Notes: generated by a model not told the origin, from the letters alone. A stretch of DNA of 64,000 nt from Betaproteobacteria bacterium (GCA_021732605.1 JAKFUS010000011.1:4226-68225), one strand, 5' to 3'. Numbered from the stretch's first letter, positions 24,903 through 34,219 are shown. A program made the numbers and translations.

Positions 24903-27900
24903 ATGGTATTCATGACCACCCGAAAAAAGACCGCCCCTAAAAAAACCGCTGCTAAATCACCCATGGCGAAGCCCGCTGCCATGCCCATCGGGGCACCGGA
25001 GCCGGTTGTGCCGTCCGACGCAGGCTTCCCCATCGTCGGCATTGGCGCCTCGGCGGGTGGCCTTGCCGCTTTCGAAGCGTTTTTTTCTGCAATCCCTAAC
25101 AGCAGTGGCAGTGGCAGTGGCAGTGGCAGTGGCAGTGGCAGTGGCATGGCTTTTGTCATTGTGCAGCATCTCTCCCCTGACCATAAAAGCATACTCACCG
25201 AACTGATCGCCCGTTACACCCGGATGCAGGTGTTCGAAGTCGAAGACGGGATGGTGGTCCGGTCCGATTGCGTCTACATCATCCCGCCCAACCACGACAT
25301 GGCCTTCCTCAACGGCGCATTGCAGTTGCTGGAGCCGACTGCGCCCCGCGGCCAGCGTTTGCCCATCGACTTTTTTTTCCGTTCGCTGGCGCAGGATCGG
25401 CACGCACGGGCGATTGGCATCGTGCTTTCCGGCACCGGCAGCGACGGCACCCAGGGCGTACGCGCAATCAAGGGTGAGGGCGGCATGGTGATGGTACAGG
25501 ACTTCGAATCCACCCAATACGACGGCATGCCGCGCAGCGCGGTGGCCACCGGCATGGTGGATTTTGTGCTGCCGCCGGCAGAAATGCCGGCACAACTGAT
25601 CGCCTATGCCCGCCATGCGTTTGGCAAGACCAAAGAAACATTCTCTTCAAACAGCCTCAAGGTTGATGAGGCATTGAAAAAAATCTTTGTGTTGTTACGG
25701 GCGCAGACCGGGCACGACTTTTCCCAATACAAGCAGAACACCATCAATCGCCGCATCGAGCGGCGTATGGCCGTCCATCAGATCGAGCTGGTCGACGACT
25801 ACATCCTTTATCTTCGCAAGACACCGTCCGAGGTGGGGGAATTATTCCGCGATCTGCTGATCGGCGTCACCAATTTCTTCCGCGATCCGGAAGCCTTCAA
25901 GGCGCTGGAGGATGAGGGTATCGTCCGTCTGTTGTCAAACAAGCCCGCGGGCAGCACGGTACGGGTTTGGGTGCCCGGATGCTCCACCGGCGAGGAGGCC
26001 TATTCCATCGCGATTCTGCTGCAGGAACGGATGGACGCGCTGAAGACCAGCCTCAAGTTGACGGTGTTCGCGACCGACATCGACAGCCGCGCCATCGAGC
26101 ATGCCCGTGCCGGCATCTACCCCGCCAGTGTCGCCGCCGATATTTCGACTGAACGGCTGAAACGTTATTTCACCGAAGAACCCGGCGGTGGTTTTTTCCG
26201 TATCAACAAACTGATCCGCGACATGCTGGTTTTTTCCGAGCAGGACGTGATCAAGGACCCGCCATTTTCCCGGCTTGATCTGATCAGTTGCCGCAATCTG
26301 CTGATTTACATGGGGCCGGAGCTGCACAAGAAGCTGCTGCCGCTGTTCCACTATGCGCTGAATCCCGGTGGGATCCTGTTTCTGGGTTCTTCCGAGTCGA
26401 CCGGTGACCATCTCGACCTCTTCGCCACACTTAATCGCACGGCAAAGCTGTATCAGCGCAAGGATGAAGGGGTTCCGCATCGTCTGTCCCTGACCCGCTT
26501 TCTTCCGCCGGTAACGGGCATTGGGCGCAAGCCCGGGAAACCCTTGGCTGAAACCAGTGCGCAGTTGCGCGAACTGACCGAGCGGACTTTGCTGCAGCAA
26601 TATGCAGTGGGGGGCGCACTGGTCAATGATCGCGGCGATATTCTCTACCTGCATGGGCGCACCGGTCAGTATCTGGAGCCGGCGGCGGGTGAGGCCGGAT
26701 TGAACATTCTGAAAATGTCACGTCAGGGATTGCGCCCGGTAATGGCCACGTTATTACACAAAGCCACGACAAAAAAGGAGCTGGTGTCTCATGCGGGTGC
26801 CCGTGTCAAGACCAATGGCGATTTCTCCAGCGTGGATGTCAAAGTCTGGCCGGTCCTTTCGGATATGACCGAGCAGCCGCTGTTTCTCGTTGTGCTCCAA
26901 CCTTCATTGAAAGCCCCTGCAAGCGGGAAAACAGCCGGCGGCGCGACAACGCGTACCGAGAACAAAGCGGACGCCAGAAAAATCAATGTACAGGTGGCGG
27001 CACTGCAGCAGGAATTGCGCGACAAGGAGGAGTATCTCCAGTCCAGCACCGAGGAACTGGAAACCACCAACGAGGAGCTGAAGTCCGCGAACGAGGAAAT
27101 GCAGTCGATCAACGAGGAGATGCAATCCACCAATGAGGAGCTGGAAACCTCAAGGGAAGAACTGCAATCGGTCAATGAGGAGCTGGCCACCGTCAACGCC
27201 GAATTGCAGGGCAAGGTGACTGATCTCTCACAGACCAACAACGACATGAACAATCTGCTCGCCGGCACCGGCGTGGGCACGATTTTCGTCGATCATCAGT
27301 TGTGCATCCAGCGCTTCACCCCCGCCATCACGCTGGTGATCAATCTCATCGCGACCGATATCGGGCGGCCGGTCGGGCACATTGTCTCCAACCTGATGGA
27401 TTACAACCGGCTGGTGGAGGACGTGCAGCGGGTGCTCGATACCTTAGTCCCCAGCGAGATCGAGGTGCAAACCAAGCTGGGCAAGTGGTTTGTGTTGCGC
27501 ATACGCCCTTACCGCACGCTGGAAAATGTGATCGAGGGCGCGGTGATCACCTTTTTCGATATCACCGAAATGAAAAAGGCGCGTGATGAGTTGGAGGAGG
27601 CACAGTCCCTGCGCCGCCTTGCGGCCATCATGACCGATTCGCGCGATGCCATCCTGGTGCAGGATCTGGAGGGAAAAATCCTCGCCTGGAATCCCGGCGC
27701 AACCCGCTTGTATGGCTGGACTGAGGCAGAGGCGCTGGCGATGAACATCCGTCAACTGATTCCGCAGACCGGGCAGGAGGAAGCGCTGGCTTTGATCCGG
27801 CAACTGGCCCGCGCCGAAATTCTGCAGCCCTATCAAATGGATCGGATCACCAAGGATGGCCGGACCGTGCACGTGGCGCTGACTGCCACCGCGCTGGTCG

Positions 27901-27953
27901 ATGCGTCCGGGGTCGTGTACGCCGTTGCGACTACGGAGAGGGTGACTGTTTGA
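24903..27953 (+). CDS. CheB methylesterase / CheR methyltransferase fusion protein with coiled coil and PAS domains
   Basis: IVGIGASAGGLAAFEAFF (CheB-like), VWVPGCSTGEEAYSIA (CheR SAM site), NEEL/NEEM heptad coiled coil, then PAS-like segments. 1016 aa. Confidence 0.8.
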   Translation: MVFMTTRKKTAPKKTAAKSPMAKPAAMPIGAPEPVVPSDAGFPIVGIGASAGGLAAFEAFFSAIPNSSGSGSGSGSGSGSGMAFVIVQHLSPDHKSILTELIARYTRMQVFEVEDGMVVRSDCVYIIPPNHDMAFLNGALQLLEPTAPRGQRLPIDFFFRSLAQDRHARAIGIVLSGTGSDGTQGVRAIKGEGGMVMVQDFESTQYDGMPRSAVATGMVDFVLPPAEMPAQLIAYARHAFGKTKETFSSNSLKVDEALKKIFVLLRAQTGHDFSQYKQNTINRRIERRMAVHQIELVDDYILYLRKTPSEVGELFRDLLIGVTNFFRDPEAFKALEDEGIVRLLSNKPAGSTVRVWVPGCSTGEEAYSIAILLQERMDALKTSLKLTVFATDIDSRAIEHARAGIYPASVAADISTERLKRYFTEEPGGGFFRINKLIRDMLVFSEQDVIKDPPFSRLDLISCRNLLIYMGPELHKKLLPLFHYALNPGGILFLGSSESTGDHLDLFATLNRTAKLYQRKDEGVPHRLSLTRFLPPVTGIGRKPGKPLAETSAQLRELTERTLLQQYAVGGALVNDRGDILYLHGRTGQYLEPAAGEAGLNILKMSRQGLRPVMATLLHKATTKKELVSHAGARVKTNGDFSSVDVKVWPVLSDMTEQPLFLVVLQPSLKAPASGKTAGGATTRTENKADARKINVQVAALQQELRDKEEYLQSSTEELETTNEELKSANEEMQSINEEMQSTNEELETSREELQSVNEELATVNAELQGKVTDLSQTNNDMNNLLAGTGVGTIFVDHQLCIQRFTPAITLVINLIATDIGRPVGHIVSNLMDYNRLVEDVQRVLDTLVPSEIEVQTKLGKWFVLRIRPYRTLENVIEGAVITFFDITEMKKARDELEEAQSLRRLAAIMTDSRDAILVQDLEGKILAWNPGATRLYGWTEAEALAMNIRQLIPQTGQEEALALIRQLARAEILQPYQMDRITKDGRTVHVALTATALVDASGVVYAVATTERVTV
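25104..25145 (+). repeat. In-frame hexanucleotide microsatellite (AGTGGC)x7 encoding (Ser-Gly)7
   Basis: Seven perfect units counted, lying just before MAFVIVQHLSPD in the CheB-like domain. Confidence 0.95.
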
Positions 27954-30124
27954 AGCCGGGGCCGAATGGCGGGAGCGGAGCAGTGAACGACCCGGTGGAG
28001 TTATTGCGCAAGCGGGCGGAAAAGATTGCCCACGAACGCAAAAACAGCGAAATCGCAGACCTGAGCACGCTCCCGTCTGCCGCCGCGCAACGCCTGCTTC
28101 ACGATCTGCAGGTGCATCAGATCGAGCTGGAATTGCAGAACGATGAACTGCGACAGGCGCAGGACTTGCTGGAAGCCTCCCGGGCACGCTACTTCGACCT
28201 CTATAACCTGGCGCCGGTGGGTTATTTCACGCTGGACGAGGGCGGATTCATACTCGAATCAAATCTCACCGGTGCGACCTTACTGGGCGTTGCGCGTGGC
28301 GCACTGGTCATGCAACCGCTTAGCCGCTTCGTTGTGGCCGAGGATACGGACACTTACTACCTGCAGCAGAGGAAGCTCTTCAGGACAGGCGAGCCAGCAG
28401 GGTTCGAGCTGCGCTTGTCGAGAAACGGCAGCGCACCCTTCACGGCGTGGATAGAGGCCACCATTGCGGTGGATGCCGACGGTAATCGGGTCTGCCGCAT
28501 AGTGGTAAGCGACATTTCCGAACGCAAGTTGATCCAGGAAAAACTGCGCCAAAGTCAGAGCCTGCTGCAGACCGCGGGCATGATCGCGCACGTGGGCGGC
28601 TGGGCCATCCAGTTGCCGAACAACGAGCTGACCTGGTCGAACGAGATCTGCATGATTCTCGATTATCCCGTTGGCAGTGTCCCGCCATTGGCCGAAGCAT
28701 TGCAGCTGTATCCCCCGGAATCGCAGGAAATCATTGCTGCGGCGTTAAATGCCTGCGCCCGCGACGGTACACCCTTCGATTGCGAACTGGAGATTTTCAC
28801 CGCCAAGCGCCGCAGGCTGAATGTTCGCGCCATCGGCCAGGCGGTGTTGGGCGATCACAGCAATATCACCGGAATCGAAGGGGCGTTTCAGGATATCACC
28901 GCGCGCAAAAAAGCCGAGCAGGCGCACGCATCGCTGGAGTCGCAATTGCGCGAATCACAGAAAATGGAGGCGATCGGTACCCTGGCCGGAGGCATCGCCC
29001 ATGACTTCAACAATATTCTCGGTGCCATCCTCGGCAACGTCGAACTGGCGCGCCAGGATGCCGCTGCGAACTGGCAGGCGCTGGTGAGCCTCGATGAAAT
29101 CCAGAAGGCCGGACATCGCGCCCGCGATCTGGTGCAGCAGATTCTCTCGTTCAGCCGGCGCCAGCCCACCTCGCGCCGGCCGCTGGTGTTGGCCCCGGTG
29201 GTGGAGGAATCCGTGCGTTTGTTGCGCGCAGCCTTGCATGGCCGGATACGCATCGATTGCCAATGCGCAGACGATACGCCGGCGATCATGGCCGACCCGA
29301 CGCAGGTGCAGCAGGTGCTGCTGAATCTGGGGGCCAACGCTGCGCATGCGATGGCGGGTGCAGCGGGGAGTATTGACATTGTGGTGGAGGGCATCATCCT
29401 TGACGCGACTGCGACTGCGACTGCGACTGCGACTGCGACACGGCACGAACTCAATCTGCGGCCCGGCCGCTATGCGCGCATCGTGGTCAGCGATGCGGGT
29501 CACGGCATGGACGAGGCCACGCAACGCCGGATATTCGAACCGTTTTTCACCACCAAGCCCCTGGGCAAGGGCACAGGATTGGGTTTGTCGGTGGTGCACG
29601 GCATCATGCAGGCCCACGATGGCGCGATCATCGTGTACAGCAAGCCCGGCCAGGGCAGCCGGTTCGAGCTGTATTTTCCGCGTGTGGGCGAAACGGTGGC
29701 TCCGCTTGCCGCGAGCGCAGACGCGGCTGCGGCCGGCGAGGGCCGCGGCCGGCATATCCTCTACATCGACGACGACGAAGCACAGGTGTATCTGATCAAG
29801 CGCATGCTGGAGCGCTGGGGGTACCGCGTCAGCGCCTACCTTGAGCAACGCGAAGCGCTGGGGGCGCTGCTCGCCGGCACTATCCCGTTCGATCTCGTGC
29901 TGACTGATTTCAACATGCCCGGCCTGTCCGGACTGGAAGTCGCGCGGGCGGTTCGCGATGCGCATGCGGATTTGCCGGTGATCGTGGTTTCGGGTTACAT
30001 CACCGACGCATTGCGGGCACAGGCGACTGCGGTGGGGGTGAGCGAGCTGATTTCCAAAACGCAGCTGGTCGAGGAGCTCCGCGACGCCTTGCAGCGTCTG
30101 GTGCTGAAGTCGTCGCACACATGA
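27950..30124 (+). CDS. PAS-domain hybrid sensor histidine kinase with a C-terminal receiver domain
   Basis: HisKA H-box GGIAHDFNNIL, HATPase N and G boxes (LNLGANAAHA, DAGHGMD, GTGLGLS), and a receiver (ILYIDDDE...LTDFNMPG). The TTG start overlaps the upstream TGA (TTGA). Confidence 0.8.
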   Translation: MKPGPNGGSGAVNDPVELLRKRAEKIAHERKNSEIADLSTLPSAAAQRLLHDLQVHQIELELQNDELRQAQDLLEASRARYFDLYNLAPVGYFTLDEGGFILESNLTGATLLGVARGALVMQPLSRFVVAEDTDTYYLQQRKLFRTGEPAGFELRLSRNGSAPFTAWIEATIAVDADGNRVCRIVVSDISERKLIQEKLRQSQSLLQTAGMIAHVGGWAIQLPNNELTWSNEICMILDYPVGSVPPLAEALQLYPPESQEIIAAALNACARDGTPFDCELEIFTAKRRRLNVRAIGQAVLGDHSNITGIEGAFQDITARKKAEQAHASLESQLRESQKMEAIGTLAGGIAHDFNNILGAILGNVELARQDAAANWQALVSLDEIQKAGHRARDLVQQILSFSRRQPTSRRPLVLAPVVEESVRLLRAALHGRIRIDCQCADDTPAIMADPTQVQQVLLNLGANAAHAMAGAAGSIDIVVEGIILDATATATATATATRHELNLRPGRYARIVVSDAGHGMDEATQRRIFEPFFTTKPLGKGTGLGLSVVHGIMQAHDGAIIVYSKPGQGSRFELYFPRVGETVAPLAASADAAAAGEGRGRHILYIDDDEAQVYLIKRMLERWGYRVSAYLEQREALGALLAGTIPFDLVLTDFNMPGLSGLEVARAVRDAHADLPVIVVSGYITDALRAQATAVGVSELISKTQLVEELRDALQRLVLKSSHT
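29405..29440 (+). repeat. In-frame hexanucleotide microsatellite (GCGACT)x5 plus GCGACA, encoding (Ala-Thr)6
   Basis: Counted directly. Located in the HATPase domain between the N box and the G1 box. Confidence 0.95.
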
Positions 30125-30214
30125 AGCGATTAAACGGGCTTTGTCATCCGTGGTGTGCGGGCGAACGTTAATGGTGTCATCAGACAAGCCGGGTTGTTTC
30201 CCTCGGTGATACTG

Positions 30215-30244
30215 TATAAGTAATTGTTTTTATTGAATAAATTG
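30215..30244 (+). repeat. AT-rich intergenic motif copy (d)
   Basis: tataagtaattgtttttattgaataaattg. Confidence 0.65.
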
Positions 30245-30255
30245 AGGAGAATCAA

Positions 30256-30642
30256 ATGAAACAACTGATCGCTGCGATGATTTGTGCGCTGTTTGCGCTG
30301 ACCTCTGCCCACGCCCAGGACAAGGCGGAAGCCAAAAAGGCCGCACCGGCTGCCGAGAAAAAAGCTGCCCCTGCTGCTGAAAAAGCCAAAAAAGCCCCCA
30401 GCGAAGCGCAGAAAAAACAGCAAGAGCGCATGAAGGATTGCAACGCCAAGGCTGAAGGCAAGTCCGGCGATGACCGCAAGAAATACATGAGCTCGTGCCT
30501 GAAAGGCGAAGCGCCGGGCAAAAAAGAGCCGAGTGCTGCACAGAAGAAGCAGCAGGATCGCATGAAGGACTGCAGCGTCAAGGCCGAAGGCAAGTCGGGC
30601 GACGACCGCAAGAAGTTCATGAGCACCTGTCTGAAAAGCTGA
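30256..30642 (+). CDS. psiF: PsiF-repeat protein (phosphate-starvation-inducible PsiF family), secreted
   Basis: Signal peptide followed by two copies of QKKQQxRMKDCxxKAEGKSGDDRKKxMSxCLK. Confidence 0.7.
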   Translation: MKQLIAAMICALFALTSAHAQDKAEAKKAAPAAEKKAAPAAEKAKKAPSEAQKKQQERMKDCNAKAEGKSGDDRKKYMSSCLKGEAPGKKEPSAAQKKQQDRMKDCSVKAEGKSGDDRKKFMSTCLKS

Positions 30643-30714
30643 GTTGAGCAACTGAAATTTCCTCGTGAGACGTCGCCGCATGGCGACGCATCACGGCGAT
30701 TTTTCCCTGCAGGT

Positions 30715-30755
30715 AAAAAGGGCATACTGGAAACGGTATGCCCTTTTTCTTTTGC
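30715..30755 (+). terminator. Rho-independent terminator after psiF
   Basis: aaaaagggcatac-tggaaacg-gtatgccc followed by tttttctttt. Confidence 0.7.
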
Positions 30756-30800
30756 GCCGCAGCCTTGTATCGCCATGCCGTCGCCGCTTTGCGCACCGGC

Positions 30801-31529
30801 ATGGTCTGCATGCTTTGCGCGGGTCCGGGAGTGGGTATGAATGCCTTCGCCGCTGACAGTGTTGATGTGCGCCGCGCGCGGATGGTCGATGCGGTGGCGC
30901 AGATGGCGCGCGACACGGCGCGCGAAACCGGGCGCGGCACGCTTGATGCGCGGGTGATGGCTGCCCTGGGCAAGGTGGAGCGCCATCGCTTCATGCCGCC
31001 CGCGCAGTTTGCCTATGCCTACGAAAACCGGGCGTTGCCGATCGGCCATGAACAAACGATTTCGCAGCCGTCCATCGTGGCACTGATGACGGATCTGCTG
31101 AATATCAAACCCGGCGACAAGGTGCTGGAGATCGGCACCGGTCTCGGTTATCAGGCGGCGGTGCTCGCCGAACTGGCGCAGGCGGTTTACACCATTGAAA
31201 TTGTCGAAGCGCTGGGCCGTGCTGCGGCAGGTGTGCTGGCCGCCGCGGGCTACTGGAATGTCCATCCGCGCATCGGCGACGGGTACCTGGGCTGGCCGGA
31301 GGAGGCGCCATTCGACGCCATCATGGTGACTGCCGCGGCGCCCCATGTGCCGCAGCCGCTGCTCGACCAGTTGAAGGCCGGCGGGCGGCTGGTGATTCCG
31401 CTGGGCGAACGCGGCGCGCAGTCCTTGCATGTGGTCGAGAAAGACGCGCGCGGCGGCGTGACCCAGCGCAAAGTGATCGACGTGCGTTTTGTGCCGTTTA
31501 CCGGGGACGCCGTACGCCGCAAACCATGA
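30801..31529 (+). CDS. pcm: Protein-L-isoaspartate O-methyltransferase
   Basis: TISQPSIVALMTDLL and VLEIGTGLGYQAAVLA motifs. The track ORF start at 30738 lies inside the psiF terminator, so a later ATG (30801, 30810 or 30837) is more likely. Confidence 0.75.
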   Translation: MVCMLCAGPGVGMNAFAADSVDVRRARMVDAVAQMARDTARETGRGTLDARVMAALGKVERHRFMPPAQFAYAYENRALPIGHEQTISQPSIVALMTDLLNIKPGDKVLEIGTGLGYQAAVLAELAQAVYTIEIVEALGRAAAGVLAAAGYWNVHPRIGDGYLGWPEEAPFDAIMVTAAAPHVPQPLLDQLKAGGRLVIPLGERGAQSLHVVEKDARGGVTQRKVIDVRFVPFTGDAVRRKP

Positions 31530-31807
31530 CCACCGCGGCGCTAACACGTGGCCGCTTTGCAGGATGTGAAATATCAGTGATTGTTATGGCTGTGAACAAT
31601 ATTCCGCGGCGCAACATAACGCGACACCCGGCACCAAAATAAAGCGACTTGGTTAGCTGTCGCACCGATTGATGGCGCAGTCATGCGGTTTTATCCCATG
31701 TTTAACGGCTTCCAGCCCCTGCACGCACATGGCACGGGGGTTGCTCAGTAAAGCGGCGTAAACCATCGGTAGCACGGGATAGTGAGCAAAGCTGGAGGAG
31801 AAACGCG

Positions 31808-32776
31808 ATGACATGGGCACACAGGATTGATGAGCTGGCCGCGGGTCAGCCGCTGTCGGAGAGCGAGGCCGAGAGCCTGTTTGCCGCGGTGTTTGACCGC
31901 GGCGTTCCCGATCTTGAACTGGGCGGGTTGCTGGCGCTGCTGGAGCAGCGACAGATGTCGCAGCAGGAACTGGTCGGCGTACTGGCCGCATTGTCGACGC
32001 GGGTGTTCCAGATGACGGCGCCGGACACGCAGTGGCGGCCGGTATTGATGCCGAGCTACGGTGCGTTGCGCGAGCAGCCCAATCTGCTGCCCTTGCTGGC
32101 GATCAGCCTGCAACGCCTGGGCATCCCCGTGCTGGCGCACGGCATGCTGAGCGGTGAAAACGGCGTGGCATCAGCGTATATCTTCCGTGAGTTGGGCATC
32201 ATGCCCTGTGCCAGCCTCGCGCAGGCGCAGCAGGAACTGCAGACCGGGCACCTTGCCTTTGTGCCGACCGGCGCACTGGCTCCGGCGCTGGCCGACCTGC
32301 TGGCGCTGCGCGTGCGTCTGGGTGGTGGGGCGCTGGCCCGTGTACTGGCGCGGCTGGCCGATCCCTTCGGCGGCGGCGCGCTGCAGTTGATTCCGGCAGA
32401 GCACGCTCAGGAACGCGCGGTGCTGCAGGCTCTGCTCTGCGACGTGGAAAAAAGTGCGCTGTTGTTCGAGACCCGCGATGGCGATCCGGTAGTCGACGCA
32501 CAATGCCGGCCGGGCATTGAGCTGGTGCGGGACGGCGTGGTGCGTTTGTTGTTCGATGCCGAAGTCACACCGCGCTGCGCGCATCCCTTGCCCGCGGCGC
32601 ATGACCTGAAAGGCACTGCGCACTGGATCAGCGGCGTGCTTGAGGGCCGCATTCCGATGCCGGTGCCGATTGCCAACCAGTTTGCGTGCTGCCTCTACGG
32701 CACGGGCTATGCGCAGGATCTGAATCAGGCCAAGGCGATTGCCGCGGTCGAAACCGGCAGCCTCGCCGCAGCCTAG
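31808..32776 (+). CDS. TrpD2/YbiB-like protein (anthranilate phosphoribosyltransferase-like fold)
   Basis: N-terminal helical glycosyltransferase-3 domain pattern (LSESEAESLFAAVFDRGVPDLELGGLLALL). 322 aa. Confidence 0.55.
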   Translation: MTWAHRIDELAAGQPLSESEAESLFAAVFDRGVPDLELGGLLALLEQRQMSQQELVGVLAALSTRVFQMTAPDTQWRPVLMPSYGALREQPNLLPLLAISLQRLGIPVLAHGMLSGENGVASAYIFRELGIMPCASLAQAQQELQTGHLAFVPTGALAPALADLLALRVRLGGGALARVLARLADPFGGGALQLIPAEHAQERAVLQALLCDVEKSALLFETRDGDPVVDAQCRPGIELVRDGVVRLLFDAEVTPRCAHPLPAAHDLKGTAHWISGVLEGRIPMPVPIANQFACCLYGTGYAQDLNQAKAIAAVETGSLAAA

Positions 32777-32835
32777 GCTTGTTATGAACCTTAAGTGTGA
32801 TATTAAAAATCATGGCATTAGGAACACCCATCTTT

Positions 32836-32912
32836 CCCTCACCCCTGCCCCTCTCCCGGTGGGAGAGGGGGTTGTAGCCCTTCTCCCACCGGGAGAAGGG
32901 TTGGGATGAGGG
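32836..32912. repeat. Two REP-like palindromes in head-to-head orientation
   Basis: ccctcacccctgcccctctcccggtgggagaggggg, then cccttctcccaccgggagaagggttgggatgaggg (an inverted copy). Confidence 0.8.
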
Positions 32913-33117
32913 AGTGTCTTTAACGCGCACGCTAACTTCATAACAGGCCCTGGTCACACTCGCGCTGTATTTTTTGCAGTTGCGCGGCAGTTTTCGTCTT
33001 TTTCCATATCGGCACCGTGGTTTTCACCGGCGGCCGCCCGGGGCGCTGTGCTAAACTGCGCGCAGCTTTTGCGGTTGAATCATTCGATAACAATTCCGAA
33101 CTAAAAGGAGTGCACTC

Positions 33118-33699
33118 ATGGGAGCGATATTCCAATCTCTGGGCCGGACCGTACTGGCCGGCTTTGTCATCCTCGTTGTGATCATCATTGCAACGGGTGG
33201 CGAGGCGGCGCGCGCCGGCGATCAAATCTGGTGGGCGTTCGTGATGCGCTGGCTGCATGTGATGTCGGGCGTCATGTGGATCGGCCTGTTGTGGTATTTC
33301 AACTTTGTGCAGATTCCGTCGATGCCGAAAATCCCGGATGAGCAGAAACCTGCGATTGGCAAGGTCATTGCGCCGACTGCATTGTTCTGGTTTCGCTGGG
33401 CGGCTCTGGCGACTTTGATCACCGGCGCGATCGTTGCCGGCAAGTATCTGGGTTCCGCTTTGATGCTGTCCCAGGGCTATGTCACGATCGGCATAGGCAT
33501 GTGGCTGGGCATCATTATGGCGTTCAATGTGTGGTTCATCATCTGGCCGAATCAGAAGAAGGCTCTGGGCATTGTGCAAGTCGAAGCCGAGGCCAAAGCC
33601 AAGGCCGCGCGAGTGGCGATGATCACTTCCCGCATCAACACCATGCTGTCGATTCCCATGCTGTTCTGCATGGTTGGGCAGAAATACAATATCTTGTAA
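33118..33699 (+). CDS. Integral membrane protein resembling the N-terminal membrane domain of urate hydroxylase PuuD
   Basis: WLHVMSGVMWIGLLWYFNFVQIP pattern with about 5 TM helices. Confidence 0.45.
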   Translation: MGAIFQSLGRTVLAGFVILVVIIIATGGEAARAGDQIWWAFVMRWLHVMSGVMWIGLLWYFNFVQIPSMPKIPDEQKPAIGKVIAPTALFWFRWAALATLITGAIVAGKYLGSALMLSQGYVTIGIGMWLGIIMAFNVWFIIWPNQKKALGIVQVEAEAKAKAARVAMITSRINTMLSIPMLFCMVGQKYNIL

Positions 33700-33730
33700 G
33701 ACGTTTAGCGCCTCAAACTTAGCGCCTCAG

Positions 33731-33765
33731 AACAAACGCCCGGCATTGCCGGGCGTTTTTGTTGG
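33731..33765. terminator. Bidirectional rho-independent terminator
   Basis: aacaaacgcccgg-cattg-ccgggcgtttttgtt sits between convergent genes. Confidence 0.8.
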
Positions 33766-33781
33766 TGCTTGATATTCAGAT

Positions 33782-34219
33782 TCAGCGCGGTGGCGGTGCC
33801 TTTTCCAACCCTTCGATTTTCATACCGGGTTTGATGCCGCGTTTGCGAAACCAGCCGAGATTCATTTCCAGCGCGTAACGCGCAGGGCTGGTTGCGCTGT
33901 GCGAATCTCGGGTATGCGGCTGCATGTCTTCGATGTTGATGATGGTGCCGGCCTCGTCAATGAAGGCCACCGACAGCGGGACGTAAGTGTTCATCATCCA
34001 CATGCCGTGGTAGGCGACGTTCTGGAACACGAACAGCATGCCGCGGTTCTCCGGCAGCATGCGCCGGTGCATGAGGCCCTGCATGCGGTCGGCATCATTG
34101 CTGGCGACTTCAGCGGTCAGCGCGTGTTTATGAATTTTCAGTTCGACCTGGGGCATTGCGGCCTGCGTAACGGCCGGCATCAGGCACAGCGCAAAGATCA
34201 ACGGCAGCAGGCGTTTCAT
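33782..34219 (-). CDS. DUF192-family secreted protein
   Basis: Signal peptide, then RMQGLMHRRMLPENRGMLFVF...YALEMNLGWF. Confidence 0.65.
   Translation of the reverse strand: MKRLLPLIFALCLMPAVTQAAMPQVELKIHKHALTAEVASNDADRMQGLMHRRMLPENRGMLFVFQNVAYHGMWMMNTYVPLSVAFIDEAGTIINIEDMQPHTRDSHSATSPARYALEMNLGWFRKRGIKPGMKIEGLEKAPPPR

Noticed and set aside
24758-25198. ORFs with (Pro-Leu)n, and 28888..29454 / 28955..30187 with (Val-Ala)n or (Arg-Ser)n tracts.
   Set aside because: These are the opposite-strand or off-frame readings of the two hexanucleotide microsatellites, which lie inside well-supported sensor genes.
25104-29440. Possibility that the short tandem arrays or REP copies are CRISPR arrays.
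   Set aside because: The units are 6-13 bp with no unique spacers. The REP copies are kilobases apart. No cas genes are present.
30738-30800. The track start of the pcm ORF at 30738 (MPFFFCAAALY...).
   Set aside because: The first codons are the T-run and descending stem of the psiF terminator hairpin (30715-30755). A downstream ATG is more plausible.
31530-31807. 278-bp non-coding region upstream of the TrpD2/YbiB-like gene, inspected for a riboswitch, sRNA or LexA box.
   Set aside because: Only a weak 6-bp inverted repeat was found (attgtt...aacaat at ~31581-31601). There is no CTGT-N8-ACAG LexA-type box and no riboswitch core I can recognise. Nothing is supportable by eye; an Rfam scan would be needed.
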